Positions 51,755 through 64,000 of a stretch of DNA of 64,000 nucleotides are shown in pieces; the first letter of the stretch is position 1; each line of letters starts with the position of its first letter. The stretch is from Octopus sinensis (lineage: Eukaryota). The DNA lies in the NCBI RefSeq assembly GCF_006345805.1, contig NC_042998.1, positions 105,462,001 to 105,526,000 on the forward strand. Direction: 5' to 3'. The translations under genes were made by a program, and so were the position numbers. The notes beneath the pieces are model-generated. The model worked only from the letters and a program-made list of their open reading frames with translations. It had not been told where the DNA came from and made no database searches.

Positions 51755-52770
51755 ATAGAAGGGTTGGCTGAAAAATTCCTAAGCTGACTATGAAGGAGTG
51801 ATGCTTAGGCTGTGAAATATTGCATGCATTAATTTCAACCCTTCTTCTTAATAACTGCATTGTTTCTTTCCAGGTAAACTGACATCTGGCTGTTCAAAGA
51901 AGACTTCAGAAGTAGCTACTAGCGTCTTCTCTGAGTATGGACAAAATTTCACATTGTGGTGTTATCAAGTACCTACAGTAAAAGAGGTGATCCAAGGTCT
52001 GGCTGTCCTGCAGCTGCCACCACTGAAGAAAGTGCATGGTGAGGGATAACAGGCTTTTGACTATACATCAAATAGCCAATGCTGTTAACATATCTCATGA
52101 GAGAGTTGAGAATATTCTGCATAAGGAACTTGGCATGATGATAGTTTCTGTTCAGTGGGTGTCATGACTTCTGACACCTAAGTGTGCCAGGCTGATCACA
52201 TCCCAGGAAAATCTGGCATTGTTGAGGCAGATGCAGCTGGTTTCCTTGTACGTTTTCTAAGTCAGGATGAGTGTTGGCTTCATCACATTGAACTAGAGAC
52301 AAAAGGACAATCCATGCAATGGAAACATCCCTCCTCACCTGATCTAAAGGAAGCTAAGGTTGTTTCAGTTGCAGAGATGATAATGGTTTCAGTTCTTTGG
52401 GATGCAAAAGCATTGTGTTTATAGACTATCTTCAAAAGGGCAACACAATGCATGAAAAGTATTATGCCAACTTACTGAAGCAGTTATGAAAGGCTATCAG
52501 GACCAAACACTAAGGAAAACTGACAAAATATGTCTTGTTTCATCAGGACAGTGCTCCAGTACACAAGTCCTTGGTTCCAATGGTTGTTGTGTATGATTGT
52601 GGCTTTGAACTGGTTGATTACCTTCCCTATTTTCCCGATTTACCCTCCCCTCCAACTCTATCATCTGCTCCCCACCATGAAAAGATACTTGGTTGGGAAC
52701 CAGTACTGCAATGAAGATGACATCGTGTATGCTGTTGATGACTTTTTTTATCAAGGCTTTCACACAGTTT
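51755..52770 (+). mobile_element. Degenerate mariner element (second subfamily)
   Basis: 5' TIR-like GAAGGGTTGGCTGAAAAATTCC. Remnants QWVS*LLT (WVP..LT), DECWLHH..ETKGQSMQWKH, MVSVLWDAK and FHQDSAPVHKS. Confidence 0.82.
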
Positions 52771-53229
52771 ATATCTTCAAAGCTCCAGCATATAAAGTAA
52801 ATTGGTCAACCAAAAACACTAGTAAAGATGCACCCAACATGATATACTGCAGAGTGGAATTGAAATTAGAGCAACATTGGTGTAAAACAAACTTCTTAAT
52901 CACCCAGCTATACATGTACTTATATAAGCATGGTCATAGTCATATAAAATATCAAAATATTTACAGAATTCTGTGTGGTTTCTGAAACTTGGTATGTTGT
53001 TTTGGCATCTTCACATTAAGAAATTATATAAACATCCAAAATAAAAAGTTTCACTCAGTAGACTTTACGTGCTTCCTGAGTGAATCTGATATCTAATATA
53101 ATGCAATTAGATAAAACGAATGTAAAAGAGAATATAACTTGTGTTTTAAAGTTGTTGATGCTTTTTCTCCTTCTCTTTATATTAATCAAATATGGAGAAT
53201 CTTGCCTCTCACAATATAGAAACATTTCA

Positions 53230-54560
53230 CATGGCACCAGGAGACAAAATGGAAAAGGTGTTGTCCCAGATGATGGTGAGGAAGATGTGCTGGAAAAGCC
53301 ACTCTGATTTGTGGAGCATGTACTTGCAGACAGCAATCTCTACCTGATAGCAGTGAACAGGGATATGGTCCAGGGACCAAGAATACCAGAGGGCTCAACT
53401 GTCACAGGCTCAACCATAAACTTGTCAGAGAGCAACCAATACCATGACAGTTTTTTCACAGTCTGATGAGCAATGGAGCCTCGGCTGGTAACTGACAACA
53501 CCAAGGTGTCACTGTAGAAGTTGTCACAGTATGAAACATCCCAGATGAAGGGTCTACCACCACGGAATAAGAAAACTGCCATACCGTCCAGTCTTCTACT
53601 GTCCTTGCTGTCTAGCTCCACTAGACAATACATTATGATCTTGTTAAAGATGGCATGGCATGGAAAGTGGTCAGCACTATGATAACATAGCAGTGAGTGG
53701 AGGCCAAAAGAACCGACAATGGATCCACAGCATCATTCATGAGACTCACAGATCTGGAGACCAAGCCTGAGGGAAATGCCAATACACAGGCAGTCACCAT
53801 TGAGCTGAGTGCCAGTTGTGAGTGCTGCTGTAAAGATCAGAGGCTGAGCAGAAACCCGTCAGATGGTGCTGGTCAAGCCAGCACACTAATTTGCTTGTGG
53901 TCATGCTACACTTGATGGCATCCCATTTCTTTTGAGAGGACCAGACGTCCACAGAGGGAAGAAGGGGATGAATGTTAGTGGGGTACAGGCCAAGCTGGCT
54001 CCATGTCGCATAGGCCACTTTGTGTTCCTCAGTCACAGATTATTCAGTTGTGCCATGAAGAACCCTGTTAAAGAGGACACAGCAAGAGGTCACCAGTGAG
54101 AGAAAAGCCCAGCAAAGCCAGTGAGACTGGAGATTGAAGGCTGAGACGACCATATTTGATGGGTAAGGTGGTGGCCTGTTGCCATCCAGTGCCATCAAAG
54201 TGAACATTGCATATCACTTTGGTGGCCTGTTGGGTACAGGCATCACGGTCCAAGAGGAGAGACATTTGGTTGTAGCAAGGGACACTGTGGAGGGTATACA
54301 ACCGCTTTTCCATAACAGGAACAGTGCCAGGTAGGCATTGATCACCTTCAGTCTGTCCATCAGTTCTTCAAGCTGGAGGAACTTAGGTCTAAAGGTGGAG
54401 TGAATGGCAAGTGGGAGAATTGGCAAACCAAGGATAAGGACATTCACCTTTGAGGGTACCTGTACATGATTAAGAAACTGAGAGAAAACATTCCCCTCTC
54501 TAAAATGTCTATCTCTCAGAGCCAGGGACAACTGCAGCTTAGAACAGTTACTAGCTCTCA
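53230..54560 (-). mobile_element. CRE-clade non-LTR retrotransposon fragment (post-RT region and RLE)
   Basis: RRLDGMAVFLFRGGRPFIWDVSYCDNF...FMVEPVTVEPSGILGP matches the CRE RLE pattern RPDG...W..G....WD.T..DT...F.P.A.ET.G..G. Upstream WQQATTLPIKYGRLSL fits LP...GGLG. Confidence 0.78.
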
Positions 54561-54917
54561 ATTATCCATAACTGTTCCTCAAACACTGGAGTAAATCTCA
54601 CATATTTCATATCTAGCAACTGCTACATTCACAAATATTCTAGATTACATCTTACCCCCCCCCCACCGCCCCACAAAAAAAAGAAACATAGACATTACTT
54701 TACTGATTGCTAAACCTTCACTAACAAAATCAATAATATTGCTTGCCTACAGATGTGTTATTTACTTTTATACTTAAGCTGCAAATGACCAATAAGTCTG
54801 AGCAGCAATTGTACTAAAGAGGAGCTCAAAGCTTTAAATTCCAGATAGCAGACCTGTTGCAATTATCTTGCCAAAAACTTTTATTATCATTTTGCATTTT
54901 GGTTAAATGTTTTAACC

Positions 54918-54949
<32 letters not shown>

Positions 54950-54995
54950 AAATATTGCATGGTTACACTACACACTTACACTATATAAACATATA

Positions 54996-55043
<48 letters not shown>

Positions 55044-58000
55044 GCGTGTGTGTGTGTCTGTGTGTGCATGTGTGATTGACTGTATTAGCATAAACTTATA
55101 TATGTATTTGGCAGCATGGATCAATGTTTCTACATAAATAACATGGATATATATGCATGTTTTTAGACATGAATCGCAAAGTGCAGAGAGACAGACATAC
55201 ATAGACTTACATATATAGATATATATATCAATGTATTTTAGCATATTTTGTGAGAGAATTATACTTAATGTCTTGTATAAACCATTCCATCTGCTCACAG
55301 TAGTAAACCTACAGCAGATAGCAATCGGAACCATAAGCTGTTCAAGGCAATAAAATTTTAAGCAAAAATTTACTGGGGTGATATACAGCAAAGAACTACA
55401 ATCAACTAAAGGGTAAGAGCCTGAAATATCAGACATTCAATTCTTTACAGCAATCAAATTTATCAACATTCTACAAAATCTCATTTGCATTATTATTGAT
55501 GATGACACAGATCCTCAACAGCTTTCCCAGGGTCTGGATTTTACTCAATGCATATTAACTTGATAGCTGTATAATTAGTATTTAGTGCTTTGTTCAAAGA
55601 AAGAGCATGGTATATCCTGTGTAATATGAACTTGTGAACTTATATATTGAAGGTGTTCATTATCTTATCTGCTCAGCCTTTGTGGCTGCTGAAAATAAGA
55701 CAACTGATAATACAAAATACTTTATAGTTATTTTTAATAATTCTTTGTAGATAGTTGTTCTTTTTTATTGTTGTTTATTAAAGATAAGTACACCAACTGA
55801 CAAACATGCTCACAAGCAGGAGGGTTAGTAGATTAGACACTCAGATATAAGCCTTTGTGTAAGTGTGTATATGCACATATCCATGTAGACATACATATAC
55901 TAGTATGTAAATAGACTTGCAAGCAGCTTCCTACTTGAGAGAAATGTGTATGTGCTTTTACCATTAAATGAAAAGATATCTATCTTTTACACACAAACAT
56001 ACATGGACAACAGTATATGTATAGGTGTATGTTTATGTGTGCTTAGAACTGTGTTGTTTGCAAAGCTCAGTAAACTTTGAAGTACAAGATACGCAAAACA
56101 AATGGAAAAGTACCATCATCTTCATCATCGTCATCGTCATATCATTATCATCATCATCATTCTCAACAACAACATGATGCAACACACGAAATCTAGCAAT
56201 CAGTTGATATAATCCCACCATGAGGATGATGATACCTGTTGCAGTGATAGAGATAAGGACACAAAGGTGAGAGAGTAAAGGTGGAGATGAATATAAGGAT
56301 ACATGTGATAATAGTGATAGTTAGAGTAGTAGTGATAGTGGTGGGAGAAGGTGCATTAAACAAGATGAGGATAACGATGGTTAATAGTTACAATGATGAT
56401 GATGGTGGTGGTGCTGATTTTAGCGATAATAATAATTATAATGTTAGACGTAAATAAAAGAAACTACTACAATCATTACTGCTGCTGCTGCTATTAAGAT
56501 GATGGTAATGAAAACAAACTATTCTATAATTTCAGTAATTTTTCTTTTTAAGTGTCTGCTTCTACTTCTGCAAAGACATTGTAAACAATTTCATTTGCTA
56601 AAGAGAAATTGATAGATTTAAGCCTGAAGAATACGGTATCTGTTTGTAATTGTAAGAACCTTTGGTAAATATATCATCAATTTTAATCATTATTATTATC
56701 ATCAGCATCATCAACATCATTGTTGCAATCACTGTCTCTGTCATCTCCATTAGCATTATCGTCATTGCACAGATTCTGGTTTAGCACCAGCATAACTGAG
56801 AGTAGGTTTACTTCAAATAAGATCAACTGAAACGTTGCCTACTTGTAATATTTGAGAGATTATTTACTTTCTTTTTCCCTTTAGTTTTAAGATAATAGCT
56901 CAAGTTCTTAAGGTTCCTATGACTTCAAAAACTGCTTCTGGTATTTTAGCAATGCTGTTCACATCAATATAATATAGAATGAGATCAAGTTGCTCGTCTG
57001 AAAATCTGACTAGACCAATACTTAATTCTTATGATATTGTCCAGCTTCTGATATCATAACTTGTTTATCACATAACCCAAATTCCTTTTTATCCAGCCAG
57101 TTGTTCATCTGCAAATACATTGTTGATTTTGCAGTGGTCCTGTGGGAATATGCATTGAAAGCCTGTGTTTAGTTTGTACATAAGATTCTGACATGAAAGC
57201 ATCTAGTTATGAAAGGAATCTTGTCTTTTAGTTTTAGCTTTGTCTCCATTAATACACACTAAGTTATAAAATATCGATCTAACTATTCAGCTCTTGTTGA
57301 TACAAGCCAACAACTGACTTGCAATAAAAGGTTAAATGTTTGTACTAGTGGCTTTTCTATGCTTAGCTATCTGGTTCATTTCTTACCCTGGTTTGACAAC
57401 ATCACCATTGAAACTGTGTACGTTGTCTGTATAGAATCCAGCCAGTAATCTCACCTGATATTATCCCATATGGAATTTTTTTTTTATTGAACATTCTCTT
57501 CTTACTCTAAAAAGTTTTGTCTTCATGTTTTCTTTGTCCATGTTTTCATACACACTCATAGATATTTCCATCTTTCTATCCATACAATCCCATAAATACT
57601 AATACGAAAACTAATGTTACTCAAGACAAACATTGGTTTACAAAATTTTCTTTAAATATCTCCTCACATGAAGGAACCACCATTACTTCCATTTGTTATA
57701 AATTCATATGTTAGTAGACTGATTCCTGATTATGTTTCTTTTCTTGATGTTAATTCTTGGTTAGTTGGTTATATTCTAATATATTCTTTATACCTTATAT
57801 AACATATACAGCTGGGCAGGGATTCAGTCATTTATCATATTACATTTAATAAGTGGCTACGTATATCACACTGTTCTCATGTTGACCCATAATTCTATTT
57901 TCTTTTCTGGATTTTAATACTGAGGCTTACTTTTACATGGCTTTACAAAAGTTTATATTCTATTTATTCAATGTTTTGACTGTCATATCGGTGGACTATA

Positions 58001-59278
58001 CACAGACATGAAGGAAATAAATAGACACCTTTAATTTTTCAAAGTCTTTTATTTAATATGCAAAGCGAACAATTGAAATGTAATTGATAGGCAGAACTAC
58101 ATACTTTAGTATTTAGTTGACATTCCCTTTGCAGTTTTTAATTCAGAAACTCTTTTTGGCATTGAACTGATGAGCTTTGTGATTGTCTCTTGTGGAATTT
58201 CTGCCCACTTTTCACACAGTAATTGAAACAATTCATCTTTAGATTTAGGCTTCTATTGAGTTTTTTGTATAGCCCTATCTAGTATGCTCCAAAGATTTTC
58301 AATTGGGTTCATGTCAGGAGATTGGCTCAGCCAAGGAAGCTTTTTGATCCCATTTTCAGTCAGCCATTGTTGATTCCTTTTCACTATGTGGCATGGAGCC
58401 CCATCTTCCATGAATAAAAACTCATTTTTCATTATGTTATCGTATAAATATATCGGAAGTAGTCCTTGCTTAAGTATTTCGATGTATTGTTCAGAGTTTA
58501 TGGTTCCAACACATTTGATCAGCTCAGAACGACCATTGCTGGTGACAGCTCCCCATACCATTACAGAGATACTGCCATGTTCCACAGTTGGTTGGAGTCA
58601 TTTCAAATCAAATTCTTGATTGGGAAGCCTCCAGACCCAAACACATTCACTGTTTGAAAATAATGCAAATCTGGATTTATCTGAGAAAATTACTCTATCC
58701 CAAAATGAACGGGATTTTTTTGACATCTCCTTAGCCCATTTCTTTCTTTTCATGATATTAATTGGTTGAAGGAGAGGTTTTCTGCTAGCTGCTCATCCAT
58801 AATACCCAAGCTTATTCAGATATGTAACACACATTCTTGGACTAACTTCTAGCTGTTTTGCGATGTCAGAAACCTTCGAACAGGGTTCGTTTTCAACAAT
58901 TCACTTCAAACAGCAAAGCTTCCTTTCCAAGGGCCCAGGCCGGCCAGGATGAGAATCTGTTGACTCATTTCCTTGGCTTTTGAATTGCACTATAATTCTA
59001 TTAACAGTAGTAAGTGGAATTTGAAGATTTTTGGCAATTTTTTGCTGGCTAAGACCAGCTTCAGATTGCTCAACAATACAACATCTTTGAAAATCTGACA
59101 GTTCTACTGAATTTTTTGTGCATGGCATGGTTACTCTTCACAAATGTTTAATATAATAGCATCTGGAATGAAAAAGAACAATTACATTGTAAATTCTACC
59201 CCGCTGAACACATATTAAGATGCTTAGATCAGAAATTTTGAAAATTAAAGTTGTCTATTTACTTCCTTTATGTCTGTG
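58001..59278 (-). mobile_element. Full-length degenerate Tc1 (DD34E) transposon
   Basis: TA|CACAGACATGAAGGAAATAAATAGACAC...GTCTATTTACTTCCTTTATGTCTGTG|TA. ATG at 59128 ([15 protein letters not shown]); VMVWGAV and MEDGAPCH-x-SPDMNPIENLW give D-34-E spacing. Confidence 0.95.
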
Positions 59279-59319
59279 TATATAAGATATTTATGAGGTA
59301 GCTATTTTTCTGATAAATA

Positions 59320-59500
59320 TTGGTTTCAAATTTTGGAATAAGGCTAGAAATTTCAGAGGTTGGGGTAAGTTGATTACATCAGCCCCAGTGCTCAACTGGT
59401 ATTTATTTTATCGACCCTGAAAGGGTCACAGGCAAAGTCAACTTCAGTAGAATTTGAACTCAGAATATAAAAACGGAGAGACTGCTACTAAGCATTTTGT
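59320..59500 (-). mobile_element. SINE family B fragment
   Basis: TCGACCCTGAAAGG...GGCAAAGTCAAC...GAATTTGAACTCAGAA. Confidence 0.7.
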
Positions 59501-59891
59501 ATTTGCTTATTAATATTATTTCAAGATCAGTTTTGTACACTAACTGCAATTAATTTAGCCTAATGTAGATATAGTTTCCAGAACAAAGCAACACTTCACT
59601 GTAAAGCTTTAAAAAAAAACTATCCTAAGTTTATTATACTTTTAATCTCCTGACAATGAATATTATTTGTTTCCATGGTTCCTATTGCTGCTGTTCTTGT
59701 TGTTAGTAATGTTTAGAGTAGAATTACTGCTACATTTACTCATCTCCACTCATCTTTTGTGGCAGCTGCTATGACCACTTCTTCACAATATCATAAAATA
59801 TTCTTCATACACAAGCAGATGTGATGTCATTGGTTGATTACACAATCGATCATGAATCCTAAGTATTACTTACATATTATTTATATTACTT

Positions 59892-59985
59892 ACATGCAGG
59901 AAGTAAACAGACACCTTTAATTTTCAAAATTTCTGATCGAAGCATCTTAATATGTTTTCAGTGGTGTAGAATTTACAATGTAATA
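59892..59985 (+). mobile_element. Isolated 5' end of the 16827/58001 Tc1 family
   Basis: CATGCAGGAAGTAAACAGACACCTTTAATTTTCAAAATTTCTGATC...GTAGAATTTACAATGTAAT matches 16833-16921. Confidence 0.8.
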
Positions 59986-60117
59986 TCCAGCTGTAGAAAC
60001 ACTGCCAGATCAGACTGGAGCCTGGTGCAGCCTTCTGGCTTCCCAGATCCCCGGTCGAACCATCCAACCCATGCTAGCAAGGAGAACGGACGTTAAACGA
60101 TGATGATGATGATGACA
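59986..60117 (+). mobile_element. RTE 3' terminus fragment
   Basis: CCAGCTGTAGAAACACTGCCAGATCAGACTGG...GGACGTTAAACGATGATG matches 19840-19957. Confidence 0.88.
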
Positions 60118-60118
60118 T

Positions 60119-60490
60119 AAGTGCATATGTGGCTGTATGGTAAGATGTTTGCTTCCCAACCATAGGGTTTTGGTTTCAGACCCACTGTGAAGCACCCTGG
60201 GTAAGTATCTTCTATTATAGCCCCTTGCCAGCCAAAGGCTGTCAGATATGTGTATGTGTGTGTGTGTGGGGGGTCCATGCTTATGTTTCTCCCCCACCAG
60301 CACTCGACAACTGCTGTTGGTTTGTTTACATCCCTCTAACTCAGTATTTCAATAAAAAGAGACCAACAGAACAAGTAAGAAACTTAAAAGAAAGGTAGGT
60401 ACTGTAGCCAATTTGTTTGAATAAACTTTTCACTGTGGGAATCCAGCATGGTAGCAGTTCAATGACTGACACAAGTAAAAGCTAAAAGAT
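60119..60490 (+). mobile_element. SINE family A, degenerate
   Basis: Head GTGGCTGTATGGTAAG...CTTCCCAACC and tail AATGACTGACACAAGTAAAAG. Confidence 0.72.
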
Positions 60491-60994
60491 ACTCGTATAA
60501 CCATGTCATCAATAATGATAACAATTATGTTTCTCTTACTTGGTTGCATTGAGCATGATATTAAAATATAGTTCAGATATAGAAGACCATGTTTATTTCA
60601 AATACAGATACTTACATGTTGTTATAGACAATGCAATGAACAATTATTCAGTATGTACTTTAAAAGTGCATAAACCAAAACTTTACCCAATTGCAGAGAA
60701 AGAAATTAGTAACAAAGAAAGATAACTCTAATAATACTTTTTTTGGTACTGGTGTAGGAGACATAAATAAAAAAATAAAGTTCTTTTATTATTTTTACCT
60801 TCTTTCAGTAATTCCTTGTGTTTTTCTTTAAGACTTGCAATAATTTCTTCTTGTTTCATTTTAGCATTCTGATTCATTTACCCTGCCTCTCACTCTCTTG
60901 CATTATTTTCACTTACACATATGTAGTTAAGTCTAACATTTCTCCCTATCTATCAATCTATCTATTAGTTGATATCTATCTCTCTGTATGTATG

Positions 60995-61028
<34 letters not shown>

Positions 61029-61247
61029 TGTATGTATGTATGTATGTATGTATGTATGTATGTATGTTGTATGTATGTATGTATGTATGTATGTATGTAT
61101 GTATGTATGTATGTATGTGTGTATGTGTGAGTCATTGTGTTTGTAAACACAAACACAATGACTCACATATACACACATACATACTTGACAACCTGTGAGG
61201 AACCAAGGTTTATATATATGTACATATACATGTTTTACGTTTGTGTG

Positions 61248-61285
<38 letters not shown>

Positions 61286-61435
61286 AATATATCATATATA
61301 TATACATATATGTATATGATGATGATATATACATGTATATATATATATATATATATACATTCATATATATATAAATATATATATATTATTTCTAAATTTC
61401 TTTAAAGGAGACTATGCCAGCAGTGCTGGATATTA

Positions 61436-61910
61436 ATAGTTATTGCCAACCTAATGTGGCAATCCAGAAAATAGGATGGATGCTGCCATTGATTAGCCCT
61501 AAGAGGATATTGCCTCTAGCTAGCTATGTGACACACAAACTTGTGTCCATTACAACCTTTGAACAGGAAAGGTCATCAGCTTCCCCATGCTGGTTCAGAC
61601 ATCCACAAACTAGTTTCAGGGTATTTGCCCTTTATCAATGTGAAGTAGTGGAACCCAGAACAGACAGTCAACGGTGATGCCTGCTGGGTTCCACTACTCC
61701 ACATTGATAAAGGGCAAATACCCTGAAACTAGTTTGTGGATGTCTGAACCAGCATGGGGAAGCTGATGACCTCCCCTGTTCAAAGGTTGTAATGGACACA
61801 GGTTTGTGTGTCATATAGCTAACTAGAGGCAATGGCCTCTTGGAGCTAATCAACAGCAGCAGCATTCGTCCTATTTTTCTGAACTGCCATGTTAGCTTGG
61901 CGATAACTAT
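61436..61910. mobile_element. 475-bp fold-back element with a decayed hammerhead in each arm (Penelope-like inverted terminus)
   Basis: Arms 61436-~61658 and ~61684-61910 are inverted copies. The right arm contains TCCACA-TTGATAA-AGGG-CAAATA-CCCT-GAAA-CTAG-TT-TGTGGA (61698-61740). Confidence 0.8.
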
Positions 61911-62026
61911 GTATATATACATATATATATATGGTGCAGCTTCTCACCTTGTCAGATCTAGTCAAACTGTCCAAATCATGCCAATATGGACAATAGATGT
62001 TAAATGATGATGATGATGAGGAGGAG

Positions 62027-62104
<78 letters not shown>

Positions 62105-63237
62105 ATATATAATATATGTATATATATGTATGTATATATATAAACATTTCCCTCATTTTTTCTCTCTCCTATAATCAAATTCTTCTATCCCTTCACTTCA
62201 TTTTCCAATGTCTCTCCTAGTTTCCATATTATGCACAAACTCCCACCCCCACCATCTTTCTTCCCTCTCTCCCCTCCTCTTTCTCTCATTCACTTATTCT
62301 CTATACCTCTGTCATTTTATCATATAATCTCTCTAATTTCCTGTCTCTATTTTTTTCTACTTCTCATTTCTTTCTCACTCCATCCTTTCCTCTCTCAATC
62401 TCTCCCCCACTCCCTATTTCAACAGTCTGCTTGCATTACTGCCAACCTATCAATCTCCCACCTATCTAATCTTGCAGTCGTTATAATACCTTATTTCTCT
62501 CTCTTTCACCTCTTTCAGCACAGCTTTTTTCTTCAGTGCTGCTTTTTCTTCCCAGTGTTCCAGAAAGAGACCAACCATCATGAAAAAAAGAAAAGAAAAG
62601 GAAAACCTTGACATGTGATGTAGTGTTTCGTATGATTGTGAAACCAGCAACTCAGCAACTTTCTGATTATGTTTAACAAAAGTCGACATCTGATGAAATT
62701 ACATTGGAGCAATTAACTTTGAAGAAACTTCATTTAGCCATTAAAAAAAACTGATGGATCATTCACTACACAGATTGCTATGAAGTTCATAAACACACAA
62801 AAATACATCTAGTTGTCATATTTTCCAAGTAACTTATACATTTTCTTTCGTATATTTACTTATGATAAGACTGTTTATTTCTAGTATTGCACACAGAAGG
62901 GAATTTGTCTGATTTATATCTTTAAAAGAATAAAAACCAACTACAAGCCAGAAACTGACAACTGAAAAAACTGATTGCTACGTAAAAAGTGTAAGAATTA
63001 GTTGTTATAATAGATAAAGTGAAAGAATAGTCTTTGATATATATATATATTAGTGTATGTCTGATTATGTGAACAGATGGCTGAAAAAGTATGTGTATAT
63101 AGAATTATATTAACTAAACAAAAAAAGGAGCAAATTAGAATGATAAATATATACAGAAGTATTTATATGTGTGTATGTGTATGCATGTATTATATATGCA
63201 CACACTTGTATATATGCATATATATTTGATATATAAA

Positions 63238-63450
63238 CATCATTATCATCATCATCATTTAATGTCTGTTTTCCATGCTGGCATGGGTTGGATGGTTTGA
63301 CAGGTTTCAGCAAGCAGCAAAGCTGCATCAATCTCCAATGTCAGTTTTGACTTGGTTTCAATAGCTGGAGGCCCTTTCTGCTGCCAACCACTTTACAAAT
63401 GTACTGGCTGCATTTTTGGTGCTAAAGGCACTGGTGAGTTTGCCATGTAA
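63238..63450 (-). mobile_element. RTE-related 3' end fragment followed by a GA-rich tract
   Basis: (CAT)n-TTTAATGTCTGTTTTCCATGCTGGCATGGGTTGGATGG..., as at 29110-29400 and 47958. Confidence 0.7.
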
Positions 63451-64000
63451 ACTTGCAACATAGAAAAAAAGACCAAGGGAAAAGAAAAGCTCACACTATT
63501 AAGAAGGGAATCTTTGGGAGAGGAAGGTGTTGAAAGGCTAATGTATAACAGAGAGACAGGCACAGGTGTCTTGCTATAGAGGAGATATATAGCTGACTAG
63601 ATGAAAGGAAAGAAGTAATGGGGTGCCAGGAAAAACTCTCAAGGTACCAGAGAGTGAATATAAGAGAGGATAGAGACAGTGAGTCATGGGAAGGATACTT
63701 TCATAAGAAGGTGAAAGGGGATAACAGAGATGAGGGTAGAAATGGAGGGAGAAATGAATATAATGAGAGATGAATAAGGGTGGTGGTGCAGTTGAAGGGA
63801 AATACCAGTATGAGAAAGAGTAAGGTGAGAGACATAGGAGTTGTTCAGGAAGAACAGATCAGAAAGTAGTGGAATGATGGGGAAATGTTGAAGCACTGAA
63901 GAGGGGGAGACATAGTGGTTGAAAGGGGTTGTATTAAGTTGGGTGTGATGATAGGTGTAAGAAGGTATTGAGAATAATAACAGATAAAAGAGGTGTTAAG

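Noticed and set aside
53186-53308. Exon-like purine-rich stretch on the + strand
   Set aside because: It lies mostly at the 3' end of the minus-strand CRE-like element and lacks convincing splice sites.
62688-62735. CTGATGA...GAAAC hammerhead-like boxes
   Set aside because: No convincing stem I, II or III pairing; expected by chance in AT-rich DNA.

Overview
This is AT-rich eukaryotic intronic or intergenic DNA, saturated with microsatellites and transposable-element remnants. The SINE/RTE/Tc1-mariner repertoire and repeat density suggest an octopus (cephalopod) genome; this is inference from pattern recognition, not a database match. I found no credible host protein-coding exon, tRNA, rRNA or CRISPR array. 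Most ORF-track entries are microsatellite read-throughs or antisense frames of TEs. Recognisable content: (1) several copies of an RTE-clade LINE whose RT carries an inserted C4HC3 PHD-type finger and whose 3' UTR is an array of 67-bp hairpin repeats; (2) other RTE, CR1/L2-like, CRE-like and R4/Dong-like (restriction-like endonuclease) LINE fragments, the last sitting in (AAT)n or (CATA)n microsatellites; (3) Tc1 (DD34E), mariner, maT (DD37D) and pogo/Tigger DNA-transposon relics; (4) three tRNA-derived SINE families; (5) a clean 589-bp CpG-rich solo LTR with a 4-bp TSD. The most notable hidden signal is four unrelated sequences with the minimal type-I hammerhead ribozyme layout, plus a weaker fifth. 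Three of the four lie in or next to long fold-back palindromes at TA repeats, consistent with Penelope-like element termini, and some have unusually long stem II insertions.
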